Source of the DNA: Candidatus Tenderia sp.
GTDB lineage: Bacteria; Pseudomonadota; Gammaproteobacteria; Tenderiales; Tenderiaceae
Length of the DNA: 43,731 nt
Assembly: GCA_043755075.1 (NCBI GenBank)
Contig: JAYUTP010000253.1
Location: 1 to 43,731, forward strand
Reading direction: 5' to 3'
Of this stretch, positions 8,712-16,791 are shown one piece after another. Every line of letters begins with the position of its first letter. Within the stretch, counting starts at the first letter, position 1. The notes beneath the pieces were generated by a model. It was not told the DNA's origin. It worked only from the letters and a program-made list of their open reading frames with translations, and made no database searches. The translations under genes were made by a program, and so were the position numbers.

Positions 8712-9926
8712 TCACTGCATTTCGATAATCACGGCGTCGATCACCGCTTGGGCACGGGCCACCGCCTCAGCCCGATCGCCCCCTAGGGTGATGACAAAAC
8801 CGGCGCGTTTGGTGTGATCACTCATCGTGCCAATACGCTCGCCGGGCTCGACAAAAAATCCGAGGCGATGAACCCATGGCTTAGTCGCAAATTCAGCAAC
8901 GCGATGAATCGTCTTCACTACCCCCGGCTCGGGAAAGAAATAACGGATTGCCACGCCCTTGTGCTGTGCTGGCAATAACATACTGGGATCGGGTGTTTCA
9001 CCCAACGCCAGCTGAATCGCCGCGCCGATCAGATCAACCTCAGTCCCGAGCGGCACTTGGTCGCTGGAAAACCAACCACCCGAGAGGCGTGCTGCAATTT
9101 CAATCACCTTCGGCCCCTCGGCCGTCATCACCATATCACCCTTGGCGATACCATTCATAATGCCCATAGAACGCCCAGCCTGCTCCGCCAGCGCGATGAT
9201 CGCTTGGCGCTCACTGCTGCTCAGGCGTGTGGGTTGTTCACCGCCATTCTCGATAATGTAAGGTGAAAAACGCTCCAAATATTCATAGTTGCGATCGACA
9301 AAACCCGAGGTGTAACCCACGCCACCCACCATCACACTCTCACTACTCACCTGCGGTCCGGTCAGATACTCCTCCACCATAACTCGGCCGGTGGCTGATT
9401 GTGATTTGGCATGTTGGTAGGCCCAGCTCAGATCAATAGATTCATTCAACAGCAACACGCCACGGGCTCCACGACTATCGACAGGTTTGATAACAAGTCG
9501 CGGGCCGCGCTCTTGCATGAACTGCTGCAACTGTTGCAGCGACAGTACTTGACTGAACCAGGGAATGGCGATGCCATCACGCGCGAAACGTTGCTTCATC
9601 AGCAGCTTGTCGGCGGCGAGATGGGCCGTCTCCAAACTCAGCCCCGGCAATCCCAAGGCATCCGCGACCGAGGCCACGGTCAACGGCACATCAGCAGCCA
9701 TGCAGATAACGCCATCAAGTTTGCAGCAAGTGTGATGATAGTCGCGAGCAATAGTAATCGTCTGTTCCACATCGTAGGTGCTGGCGATCAGGCGATCATC
9801 GGCAAACTCAAAGCCAGGCGCATCGGGGTTCATATCACTCACCACCACACGCAGTCCCATCGCCTTGGCACGTTTGATCCCTGGTACCGCCTCAGTACCG
9901 CCGCTGACTACCATTAAAGTTTTCAT
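8712..9926 (-). CDS. ATP-grasp family carboxylate-amine ligase
   Basis: 404 aa. Pre-ATP-grasp Rossmann region (MKTLMVVSGGTEAVPGIKRAKAMGLRVVVSD), LVIKPVDSRGARGV, VMVEEYLTGPQVS, VIEIAARLSGG. These match the ATP-grasp layout. Confidence 0.75.
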   Translation of the reverse strand: MKTLMVVSGGTEAVPGIKRAKAMGLRVVVSDMNPDAPGFEFADDRLIASTYDVEQTITIARDYHHTCCKLDGVICMAADVPLTVASVADALGLPGLSLETAHLAADKLLMKQRFARDGIAIPWFSQVLSLQQLQQFMQERGPRLVIKPVDSRGARGVLLLNESIDLSWAYQHAKSQSATGRVMVEEYLTGPQVSSESVMVGGVGYTSGFVDRNYEYLERFSPYIIENGGEQPTRLSSSERQAIIALAEQAGRSMGIMNGIAKGDMVMTAEGPKVIEIAARLSGGWFSSDQVPLGTEVDLIGAAIQLALGETPDPSMLLPAQHKGVAIRYFFPEPGVVKTIHRVAEFATKPWVHRLGFFVEPGERIGTMSDHTKRAGFVITLGGDRAEAVARAQAVIDAVIIEMQ

Positions 9927-9947
9927 TCTTGATTTGTACTCAGCTAT

Positions 9948-11036
9948 TTAAGCTACACACCTGGCATATAAAACATAATCGAATGGACTTTGCCTGTGAT
10001 GCGCAAAATAGCAACGATAATCTGGGTTAATAGCATGGATCATCAATGGTACTTGCCACATATCATCGGGTTCATGATAGGCGCTAATTATCAGCCTTGG
10101 CCGATCACGCATCAAGGTTTCAGCCGCCCCTGCCAAGGCATTAACCTCAGAGCCCTCTATGTCCATCTTTATTACATCAACCTTCAAGCCTCGCTCTCGG
10201 GAAAAATCATCGATGCTGGTGACAGCTATTTTTTTATCACCGCTGTCTGAAACATGATATTGCATACTATTTTCAAGTGCGGTAGTAAAACTCAATGTAG
10301 TCGTCTCTTTCCACATTCCAAATTGACATGGAACTACCACTGAGTTTAATTTTTCCGCCTCGATAGTTACCAGCAATCTCTGATAATTATCGGCCTCCGG
10401 CTCGAATGAGTAGATAGTGCAATTTTTATCTAGCCCATGGGAAAATTCCAGAGCGCTATCCCCAGACCAGGCACCACCGTCGAGAATGACATCGCCTCTC
10501 TCTAGCGACACCAGTGGATGGTAATACTGTGGAAATTCAGCAGGGATAAAAAACTCGGAATCGAGGGTAAGGCGATATTTAAGCAAGGCCCGATAAGTGG
10601 CGCGTGATGACTCATCTGACATCAATGCATAAGCCGCTTCTATCTGCTCCGCCGCACCCAGTATCTGCTCCGGGACATAGTGTTTCTTCCATCGCTCAAA
10701 ATCAAAAGCAAATCCAAGATAAAAATATTTGACGCCCAATTGTTGCAGCTGTCTGCCAATATCCATACCCCAATCACTGGCCACAAACACAATAGTGTTT
10801 TGATAGTCTCGTAACTGTTCTGGGGCGATAATTGGAATGCCAGAGATGAGGCCACCCTGCCTTTGCCGGTCATTATCACAGACACAGACAATGGTGATGC
10901 CAAAGGATTGCAGTACGCGTATCGCATGCGTTCCACTACCTCCGGCACCAAAAACAATTGCCTGGCTAACATCACATAGGACATCATCTATCGCTAAAAA
11001 ACGATGCGAAATTTCTTCTAACAATTCACTTAGCAT
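9948..11036 (-). CDS. FkbM-family SAM-dependent methyltransferase with N-terminal Rossmann-like module
   Basis: C-terminal half: GDVILDGGAWSGDSALEF...IYSFEPEADNYQRL...VDVIKMDIEGSEVNALAGA (FkbM hallmark). N-terminal half: IVFGAGGSGTHAIRVLQSFGITIVCVCDNDRQRQGGLISGIPIIAPEQL. Confidence 0.75.
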   Translation of the reverse strand: MLSELLEEISHRFLAIDDVLCDVSQAIVFGAGGSGTHAIRVLQSFGITIVCVCDNDRQRQGGLISGIPIIAPEQLRDYQNTIVFVASDWGMDIGRQLQQLGVKYFYLGFAFDFERWKKHYVPEQILGAAEQIEAAYALMSDESSRATYRALLKYRLTLDSEFFIPAEFPQYYHPLVSLERGDVILDGGAWSGDSALEFSHGLDKNCTIYSFEPEADNYQRLLVTIEAEKLNSVVVPCQFGMWKETTTLSFTTALENSMQYHVSDSGDKKIAVTSIDDFSRERGLKVDVIKMDIEGSEVNALAGAAETLMRDRPRLIISAYHEPDDMWQVPLMIHAINPDYRCYFAHHRQSPFDYVLYARCVA

Positions 11037-11106
11037 TTATTTAAATATCCCTTTAAAAAACTATCCATTCCAATCTCTCGTTTTTTACAATTATCTTATC
11101 CAGTCA

Positions 11107-12819
11107 TCAACGAGACCACATCTGATCCAATGTCTGGCCTGCCAGAAGCATCGGCGTTATATCTTCCTCTTCATCAATGACACAGTGAACCAACGCCGGG
11201 CCATGATGGGCAAATGCCTCTTGCAGCGTCGCCTCCACTGCCCCACTCTCACGTATCGTGAAGGCACGAATACCATACCCTTCGGCAATCACAGCGAAGT
11301 CTGGATTCCACTTGTTACCGGTGGTGGGATCATCTTGCCAGTTAAAATTCTGAAACTGCGAGACGATGCCGAGTCGGTGATTATCAAGCACGATAATTTT
11401 CACCGGCAGATTGTGTTCCGCCACGGCGCCCAGCTCCTGCATGTTCATCTGCAACGATCCATCACCGACAAAACAGAGCACCAATGCATCCTTGTCCTGT
11501 AGCTGTGCACCCACTGCACTCGGCAAATCGTAACCCATCGCGCCGTGGCCACCCGATGTCAACAGTGCGCGCCGTGGATAATCAAAGCTGAAGTGGCGCG
11601 CCACCCAGTGTTGATGAGAACCGACGCCAGTGACAGCCAGCACGCGCTGGCCACGACTCAGACGATCAGCTGTTTCCACCACCCACTGCGGTTTGAATCG
11701 GCTGTGTTGGTCATAGCTCAGGGCGTACTCTTGCCGCCAGGCATCAATCTGTTGAAGCCATGCTGACCACTGTGGCAGTTTCACTGTTTTCAATTCCGGC
11801 AGCAGTGGCAGCAGCGCCAGCAACGCCGCTTTGGCATCGGCATTGATCAACAAGTCGGTGCGTACCCGGCCATGTTTTGCCTCATTGGCATCAAGGTCGA
11901 TACGCACAATCCTGGCACCCGGTGCAAAACGGTCAAACTGATTGCCGGTCTGGCGCACATCGAGACGCGAGCCAATTGCGATGACCAGATCGGCATTCTG
12001 GATCGCCTTGCCCGCATACTGATTGCCGGTGTGACCGTGGAAGCCCAAGGACAACTCTGAATCGGATGGCATCGCCCCCAGCCCGAGCAGCGAGTGGGAA
12101 ACGGGGATGCTATAAGTGGTCGCCAGCATGCGCAACTCTTCATGCGCCTGTGCCAGCAATACCCCCTGGCCAGCGATAATGATCGGGCGCTGCGCGTTAT
12201 TCAGCCATGCAGCTAGCTGCGCGATGCCAGAGAAGATGCCAGCGAGATCGCTATCCTGTTGCTGCATTTTCAATATTGGCAGCACTACGGCAGGAGCCGA
12301 TAGTTCACCACGCTGCACATTCATCGGCATGTCGATCAGCACCGGGCCAAAGCGGCCACTGCTGGCGATATAAAATGCCTGATCCATCACCCGTGCCAGA
12401 TCGTCCTGATGCTCGACCAAAAACTGCGCCTTGGTGATTGATGCCATCAGGGCACAACTATCGACCTCCTGAAAGCCGCGCTGCCGTACTGGCAGGTCAC
12501 GTTTGAGATCGCCGGTTCCAACCTGACCCGTAATCACGATCAACGGCGTATTGTCAAAATAGGCGTCAGCCACGGCGGTTATAAGATTGGTGACACCCGG
12601 CCCGGAGGTGACCATCACTACCTGCGGTTGCATTCTCAGCCGCGATACCGCCAATGCCGCGTAACCCGCCCCCTGTTCGTGACGGCCACAAAAAATATCC
12701 AGCCCTCTATTTTTAGCCTCGTGAAGAATCGGTGCGATAGTGCCACCTGGATAAACATAGAGCCGTTCACAGTCGTGGCGAACGAACGCATCAACAATAA
12801 CTTCAACACCTGTTGTCAT
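11107..12819 (-). CDS. Thiamine-diphosphate-dependent enzyme, acetolactate synthase large-subunit-like
   Basis: 570 aa. N-terminal Pyr domain (YVYPGGTIAPILHE...RHEQGAGYAALAVSRL...TSGPGVTNL). C-terminal ThDP motif GDGSLQMNMQELGAVAEHNLPVKIIVLDN (GDG-X-N type). Confidence 0.85.
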   Translation of the reverse strand: MTTGVEVIVDAFVRHDCERLYVYPGGTIAPILHEAKNRGLDIFCGRHEQGAGYAALAVSRLRMQPQVVMVTSGPGVTNLITAVADAYFDNTPLIVITGQVGTGDLKRDLPVRQRGFQEVDSCALMASITKAQFLVEHQDDLARVMDQAFYIASSGRFGPVLIDMPMNVQRGELSAPAVVLPILKMQQQDSDLAGIFSGIAQLAAWLNNAQRPIIIAGQGVLLAQAHEELRMLATTYSIPVSHSLLGLGAMPSDSELSLGFHGHTGNQYAGKAIQNADLVIAIGSRLDVRQTGNQFDRFAPGARIVRIDLDANEAKHGRVRTDLLINADAKAALLALLPLLPELKTVKLPQWSAWLQQIDAWRQEYALSYDQHSRFKPQWVVETADRLSRGQRVLAVTGVGSHQHWVARHFSFDYPRRALLTSGGHGAMGYDLPSAVGAQLQDKDALVLCFVGDGSLQMNMQELGAVAEHNLPVKIIVLDNHRLGIVSQFQNFNWQDDPTTGNKWNPDFAVIAEGYGIRAFTIRESGAVEATLQEAFAHHGPALVHCVIDEEEDITPMLLAGQTLDQMWSR

Positions 12820-12835
12820 GATTCAAATTCCATCT

Positions 12836-14092
12836 TTAATAACGTGATGTTCTGTCATAGAGCGCGATGATTCTTGATTCTGCCACTCCCTTCTCCTGCA
12901 ACACATTGAGCAGGCTTTCCTGGCCACCATAAGTGGAAATCACTATCGGAAAGCTGTCGCTGCACCACGCCTGCTCCGGGATCTGTTCGGGCGACAACAC
13001 CGGCAACGAATGGTAGTGGTGCCCCTGCTTCAGCGGATCACTATCCACCAGAACATAACTGGCATCCAGATCAAACAGGCGCGTCAGCAGTGCCAGATAT
13101 TCAGTGTGCTGCCCTGCGCCCCAGATCATGATCTGCCGCGCACTATGCAAATTTTCGATGCGGCGTCTCACCAGTTCTACGTTGTTTTTCCACACATCAA
13201 GATAGGTGCGTGCCGCAACCAAACCGCTGGCATCATGGCCAACATCTGCCTGAATCTGACCATGCTCTGCCACCACCCGCCAGCCGTTGTAGCCCTCCAT
13301 CGCCTCGCCATGAACAATGCGCCAACCATTTTTTGCCAGCAGTCGTTTCAGCGAGGTCTTACTAAAATGCGTGAGATGCTGCACGGTGAAGAAGCCAACA
13401 ATATCGCGATCCTGTAACTCGGCGGCACGATCCACCACCGGCACCTCGATCACCAACGCAACAGAATGCTTCGACAAGCTGTGAAGCTGGGCCAGAAAGC
13501 CATCGGGATCGGGCAGGTGTTCAAGTACGTGAAACATGGTGATCACATCCACCTGCGGCAGACTCTCCAAGCCATTAAAATCGCAGCGCGTAAAGTTGAT
13601 GCCGGGGGCATCGTGCGCCACGTTGCTAAGCGTTTGTTCATCGACATCAATACCGTAACGCGACAATGTCTGCGGCAGCGCCTTGAGCAGATCGCCATTC
13701 CCACACCCCACATCCATCAGTGATTCTGCCGCTGGGAAGCGTTCACTCAACCACGTCACCTGTTCACCGATGCGCCCGGCGGTGTGGCCATAACTGCAAC
13801 CCGCCTTGTCAAACAGCACCTGAAACCCTGTTGGGGTGTAACAAGGATTGGTGTAGATCAGGCCACACTGTTGGCAACAGACCACGCGATGATCGGCGCG
13901 ATTGCGGCCATCCTGGTCGGTAAAAAACTGAAAATCGTTCAGGGCGAAGAGTTCATCTTCAGCACTGCTCTGACATAAGGGGCAGTGACGAAACGTTTGT
14001 AGTGGCTCACTGCTGGCACTGCGCTGTAAACGCATTACCTTGGTCCATGGCAACTCATTCATATTTATCATCTCGCCATTATCTTGCATCAT
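12836..14092 (-). CDS. Class I SAM-dependent methyltransferase with N-terminal Cys4 zinc ribbon and C-terminal Rossmann-like module (sugar C-/N-methyltransferase-like architecture)
   Basis: CPLCQS...CCQQCGLIYTNP (zinc ribbon), LMDVGCGNGDLLKAL (SAM motif I), VDVITMFHVLEHLPDP, then IMIWGAGQHTEYLALL...DSDPLKQGHHYHSLPVLSPEQI. The first ATG overlaps the upstream stop (ATGA). A downstream Met start is also possible. Confidence 0.7.
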   Translation of the reverse strand: MMQDNGEMINMNELPWTKVMRLQRSASSEPLQTFRHCPLCQSSAEDELFALNDFQFFTDQDGRNRADHRVVCCQQCGLIYTNPCYTPTGFQVLFDKAGCSYGHTAGRIGEQVTWLSERFPAAESLMDVGCGNGDLLKALPQTLSRYGIDVDEQTLSNVAHDAPGINFTRCDFNGLESLPQVDVITMFHVLEHLPDPDGFLAQLHSLSKHSVALVIEVPVVDRAAELQDRDIVGFFTVQHLTHFSKTSLKRLLAKNGWRIVHGEAMEGYNGWRVVAEHGQIQADVGHDASGLVAARTYLDVWKNNVELVRRRIENLHSARQIMIWGAGQHTEYLALLTRLFDLDASYVLVDSDPLKQGHHYHSLPVLSPEQIPEQAWCSDSFPIVISTYGGQESLLNVLQEKGVAESRIIALYDRTSRY

Positions 14093-15156
14093 CTTGAAGG
14101 TACCGACATTCCGTTTCGCGGCAGAGGAAAATTAATTTCAGTGCCCCCTTGTTGCTGGGAGTGGTAGAAAGCGAGCGCCATTTCCAGTGCGGTGCGTGCC
14201 TCTTTTGCAGTTGATGCCACACGCAGGCACTCTTTATTTCCGAGCAACGCCGCCACTGCGGAATCCCAGGCAGTTCCCTCATAGGCAGAGGGTGGCATGT
14301 TAATCGTGGTCGGTAGCAATTCATCAAAGCCACTCATGCGTGCGCTTGAGGCAGGACGATAAAGCGAGAGGCCGTCATTACCGATTCTGATCCGCCCTTT
14401 AGTGGCGACGATATCGAACTCGAAGATGAAGTAATTCTTTACCTGTCCTTCGATAGTAGCGACTACACCATTGGCAAAGTAAAACTGCCCGACACCGCCA
14501 GCATCGGCCAATTTTTTAGCGCTGTAACGATAACCGCTCTGCTTATCTTTTTTGGCTTTGATGACCACCCTTCCCTGCGCCGCCAGCGGCTCACCAAACC
14601 ACCAGTGCAATACATCAAAGGCATGGGTACCGGTGTGAATCAGACTGCCGGAGAAGAGCACGTTGACGGAAAGAACGCGGCCAATGGTCTCGTTGTCGAT
14701 CATCCACTTCACCTGCTGGTAATCGTTGGACCAGCGCCGCATGTGGCCGGTAACAAGCAGGGTCTTACTCTTGGCGAGTGCATCCACCATCTCATCCGCC
14801 TGCTCCAGCGATGTCGCCAATGCTTTTTCACAGAAGATGGCCGGTATTTTGTGATTGATCGCTGCCATCACCATCTCGTGGCGCTCGGTGGCATAAGCCG
14901 AGATGCTGAGCAGATCAATCCGTTCCTCTGCCAGCATCTGGCGGTAATCATGATAAAGCGCATCAACACCATAACGTTCGGCAAACTCGCGACGCGCCTT
15001 CTCATCCACATCACTGCCGGTCTGAATCCGGCAACCATGTTTGAGATAGCCACCGACATGGGTACAGGGTTTAACGCGTAATAGATCATTTTCCATTCGC
15101 CAAGCGATGCGACCCAGTCCGATGATTGCTGCGTGTGGTTCATCATTCATCCTCAT
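14089..15156 (-). CDS. Gfo/Idh/MocA-family NAD(P)-dependent oxidoreductase
   Basis: AAIIGLGRIAWRM..., ...YHDYRQMLAEERIDLLSISAYATERHEMVMAAINHKIPAIFCEKALATSLEQADEMV is the typical EKP-type motif region. 4-nt overlaps with both neighbours. Confidence 0.8.
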   Translation of the reverse strand: MRMNDEPHAAIIGLGRIAWRMENDLLRVKPCTHVGGYLKHGCRIQTGSDVDEKARREFAERYGVDALYHDYRQMLAEERIDLLSISAYATERHEMVMAAINHKIPAIFCEKALATSLEQADEMVDALAKSKTLLVTGHMRRWSNDYQQVKWMIDNETIGRVLSVNVLFSGSLIHTGTHAFDVLHWWFGEPLAAQGRVVIKAKKDKQSGYRYSAKKLADAGGVGQFYFANGVVATIEGQVKNYFIFEFDIVATKGRIRIGNDGLSLYRPASSARMSGFDELLPTTINMPPSAYEGTAWDSAVAALLGNKECLRVASTAKEARTALEMALAFYHSQQQGGTEINFPLPRNGMSVPSR

Positions 15157-15917
15157 CCCATGTACAACCCACCGTTGATGTTGAGTGTTTGACCGGTGAT
15201 GTAGCTCGCCTTGTCCGAGAGCAGATAGGCAATGGCATTGGCCACCTCCTGCGCTTCTCCAGCACGGGCCAGTGGTACATGCAGAGCGATTTTGTCGCGA
15301 CCGACATCGGAATTTAGTTCGCCTTGAGTCATCTCGGTGACGATCAAACCGGGTGAAACACAGTTGGCGCGAATAGCATTGGCCGCACCAACCCGTGCCA
15401 GCGATTTAGTCAGCGCGATAATGCCTGCTTTGGTAACGGCGTAATGCACGGCCAACATACCACCGAGCTGTCCACCCGATGAGGCGACATTGACGATTAC
15501 GCCGCCCTTTCCCACCATGCGCACCATGATTTCCTGCGAACAGATAAAGGCCCCTTTGAGATTGACATCGATCATGCGATCCCAATCTTCATCGGTAATA
15601 GTGGCGAAGGGTTTTTGTTGCAAAATGCCCGCGTTATTCACCAGCCCATGGATGGCACCGCAACGTTGCATTGCGACATCCATTGCCCCTTGCACCTGCT
15701 GGCGATCAACGATATTAACCTGACGGCAGACCAGCGGGACTGCAAACTGCTGCAACTGCGCTGCTGCACTCTCGGCATCAGACTTGCGACTGTTGTACCA
15801 AAGTTCCAGAGCGTAGCCCTGTGCCGCTAGAACTTTGGCCGTGGCAAGACCAATGCCACGTGTTCCGCCCGTAATGATGACCAGTGCTGGTGATTGCTCC
15901 ATTGCATTACTCTCCAT
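15153..15917 (-). CDS. Short-chain dehydrogenase/reductase (FabG-like)
   Basis: VIITGGTRGIGLATAKVLA (TGxxxGxG), NNAGI, and a catalytic S...YxxxK pattern (ASSGG...YAVTKAG). Confidence 0.85.
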   Translation of the reverse strand: MESNAMEQSPALVIITGGTRGIGLATAKVLAAQGYALELWYNSRKSDAESAAAQLQQFAVPLVCRQVNIVDRQQVQGAMDVAMQRCGAIHGLVNNAGILQQKPFATITDEDWDRMIDVNLKGAFICSQEIMVRMVGKGGVIVNVASSGGQLGGMLAVHYAVTKAGIIALTKSLARVGAANAIRANCVSPGLIVTEMTQGELNSDVGRDKIALHVPLARAGEAQEVANAIAYLLSDKASYITGQTLNINGGLYMG

Positions 15918-15924
15918 TCAGGGT

Positions 15925-16791
15925 TTAACGCTGTTGCCACTCGTCGCGAATATTCTGTAGCGGCCGCAATCCATCCTTGGGATCGGCGCGCCAATCGCGA
16001 TCAGCCAACTCGGCGACTGACGGCACTTTGCAACCATCACCATCCGCCGTGAGACCACGTTTTAGGGTAGTGATAACCTCGGCCATCTGCGCTGGCAACC
16101 AACAGTGTCCCGCCGCGTACTCCGCTCCCTTGGCATCGAGATCGAGGTGAAATTCGATCAACTCAGCAGCCCAATGATAGATGGCGCGATAGATCACGGC
16201 GGGATCGACGGTGTGATCAGACCAACCGACTGTACACGCGGCGGCGTCACGAATCGTGGCGATAGCCGCCAGATTGCAATCCTTGGCCAGCGTTGGATAG
16301 GCAGAGACGCAGTGCAGCAGCGCCAACTCCTTACCGCCCGCATTGCGCATCACCTGCATGGCATGGCTAATCTCAGGCAGGATCGCCATGCCGGTGGAGA
16401 GGATGACGGGTTTGCCGGTATCGACACACTTGACCAGCAACTCATCCCACAGCAGTTCATAAGAGGCGATCTTGTAAAAATCAACATAAGGCAGCAGCTC
16501 ATCAACGGCTTCAAGATAGAAGGGTGTACAGCTAAATTCTATTTTTTTCTGTTGGCAGCGTTCATAAAGTTTCGGCAGGAATTCTAGCGGCAACTCCCAC
16601 TCCTGGCGTTTGCGATGGGCCTCACTCTTGGCCAGGATCACCGGGGCAAAGAGTTGATCGATCTTGAAGAGCTGGAATTTAACGGCATCGCAGCCAATCT
16701 CGGCAGCGGCATCGATGAAGTCAAGGCAACGAATCAGATCACGACTATGGTTGCTGGAGACCTCGGCAATAAATTTTGGCATCTGTTTCAT
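15925..16791 (-). CDS. NeuB/PseI-family nonulosonate (sialic-acid-type) synthase homologue, TIM-barrel domain only (no SAF domain)
   Basis: FIAEVSSNHSRDLIRCLDFIDAAAEIGCDAVKFQLF, YKIASYE, GKPVILSTGMA, LLHCVSAYP and GWSDHT match the NeuB barrel. The protein ends at 288 aa, without the approx 60-aa C-terminal SAF/antifreeze-like domain. Confidence 0.7.
   Translation of the reverse strand: MKQMPKFIAEVSSNHSRDLIRCLDFIDAAAEIGCDAVKFQLFKIDQLFAPVILAKSEAHRKRQEWELPLEFLPKLYERCQQKKIEFSCTPFYLEAVDELLPYVDFYKIASYELLWDELLVKCVDTGKPVILSTGMAILPEISHAMQVMRNAGGKELALLHCVSAYPTLAKDCNLAAIATIRDAAACTVGWSDHTVDPAVIYRAIYHWAAELIEFHLDLDAKGAEYAAGHCWLPAQMAEVITTLKRGLTADGDGCKVPSVAELADRDWRADPKDGLRPLQNIRDEWQQR

Noticed and set aside
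9411-9917. Long antisense ORFs inside island and flagellar genes: 9411-9917, 14605-15081, 16105-16587, 23417-23926, 35842-36291, 40859-41266, 41380-41808
   Set aside because: Each is fully embedded opposite a gene with strong family motifs. Their translations are Arg/His/Gln-rich nonsense, typical of antisense frames.
10837-11502. 221-aa plus-strand ORF spanning the FkbM/ThDP junction
   Set aside because: It runs antisense through two well-supported minus-strand genes and the AT-rich spacer. It has no recognisable motif or RBS, so it is probably a shadow ORF.
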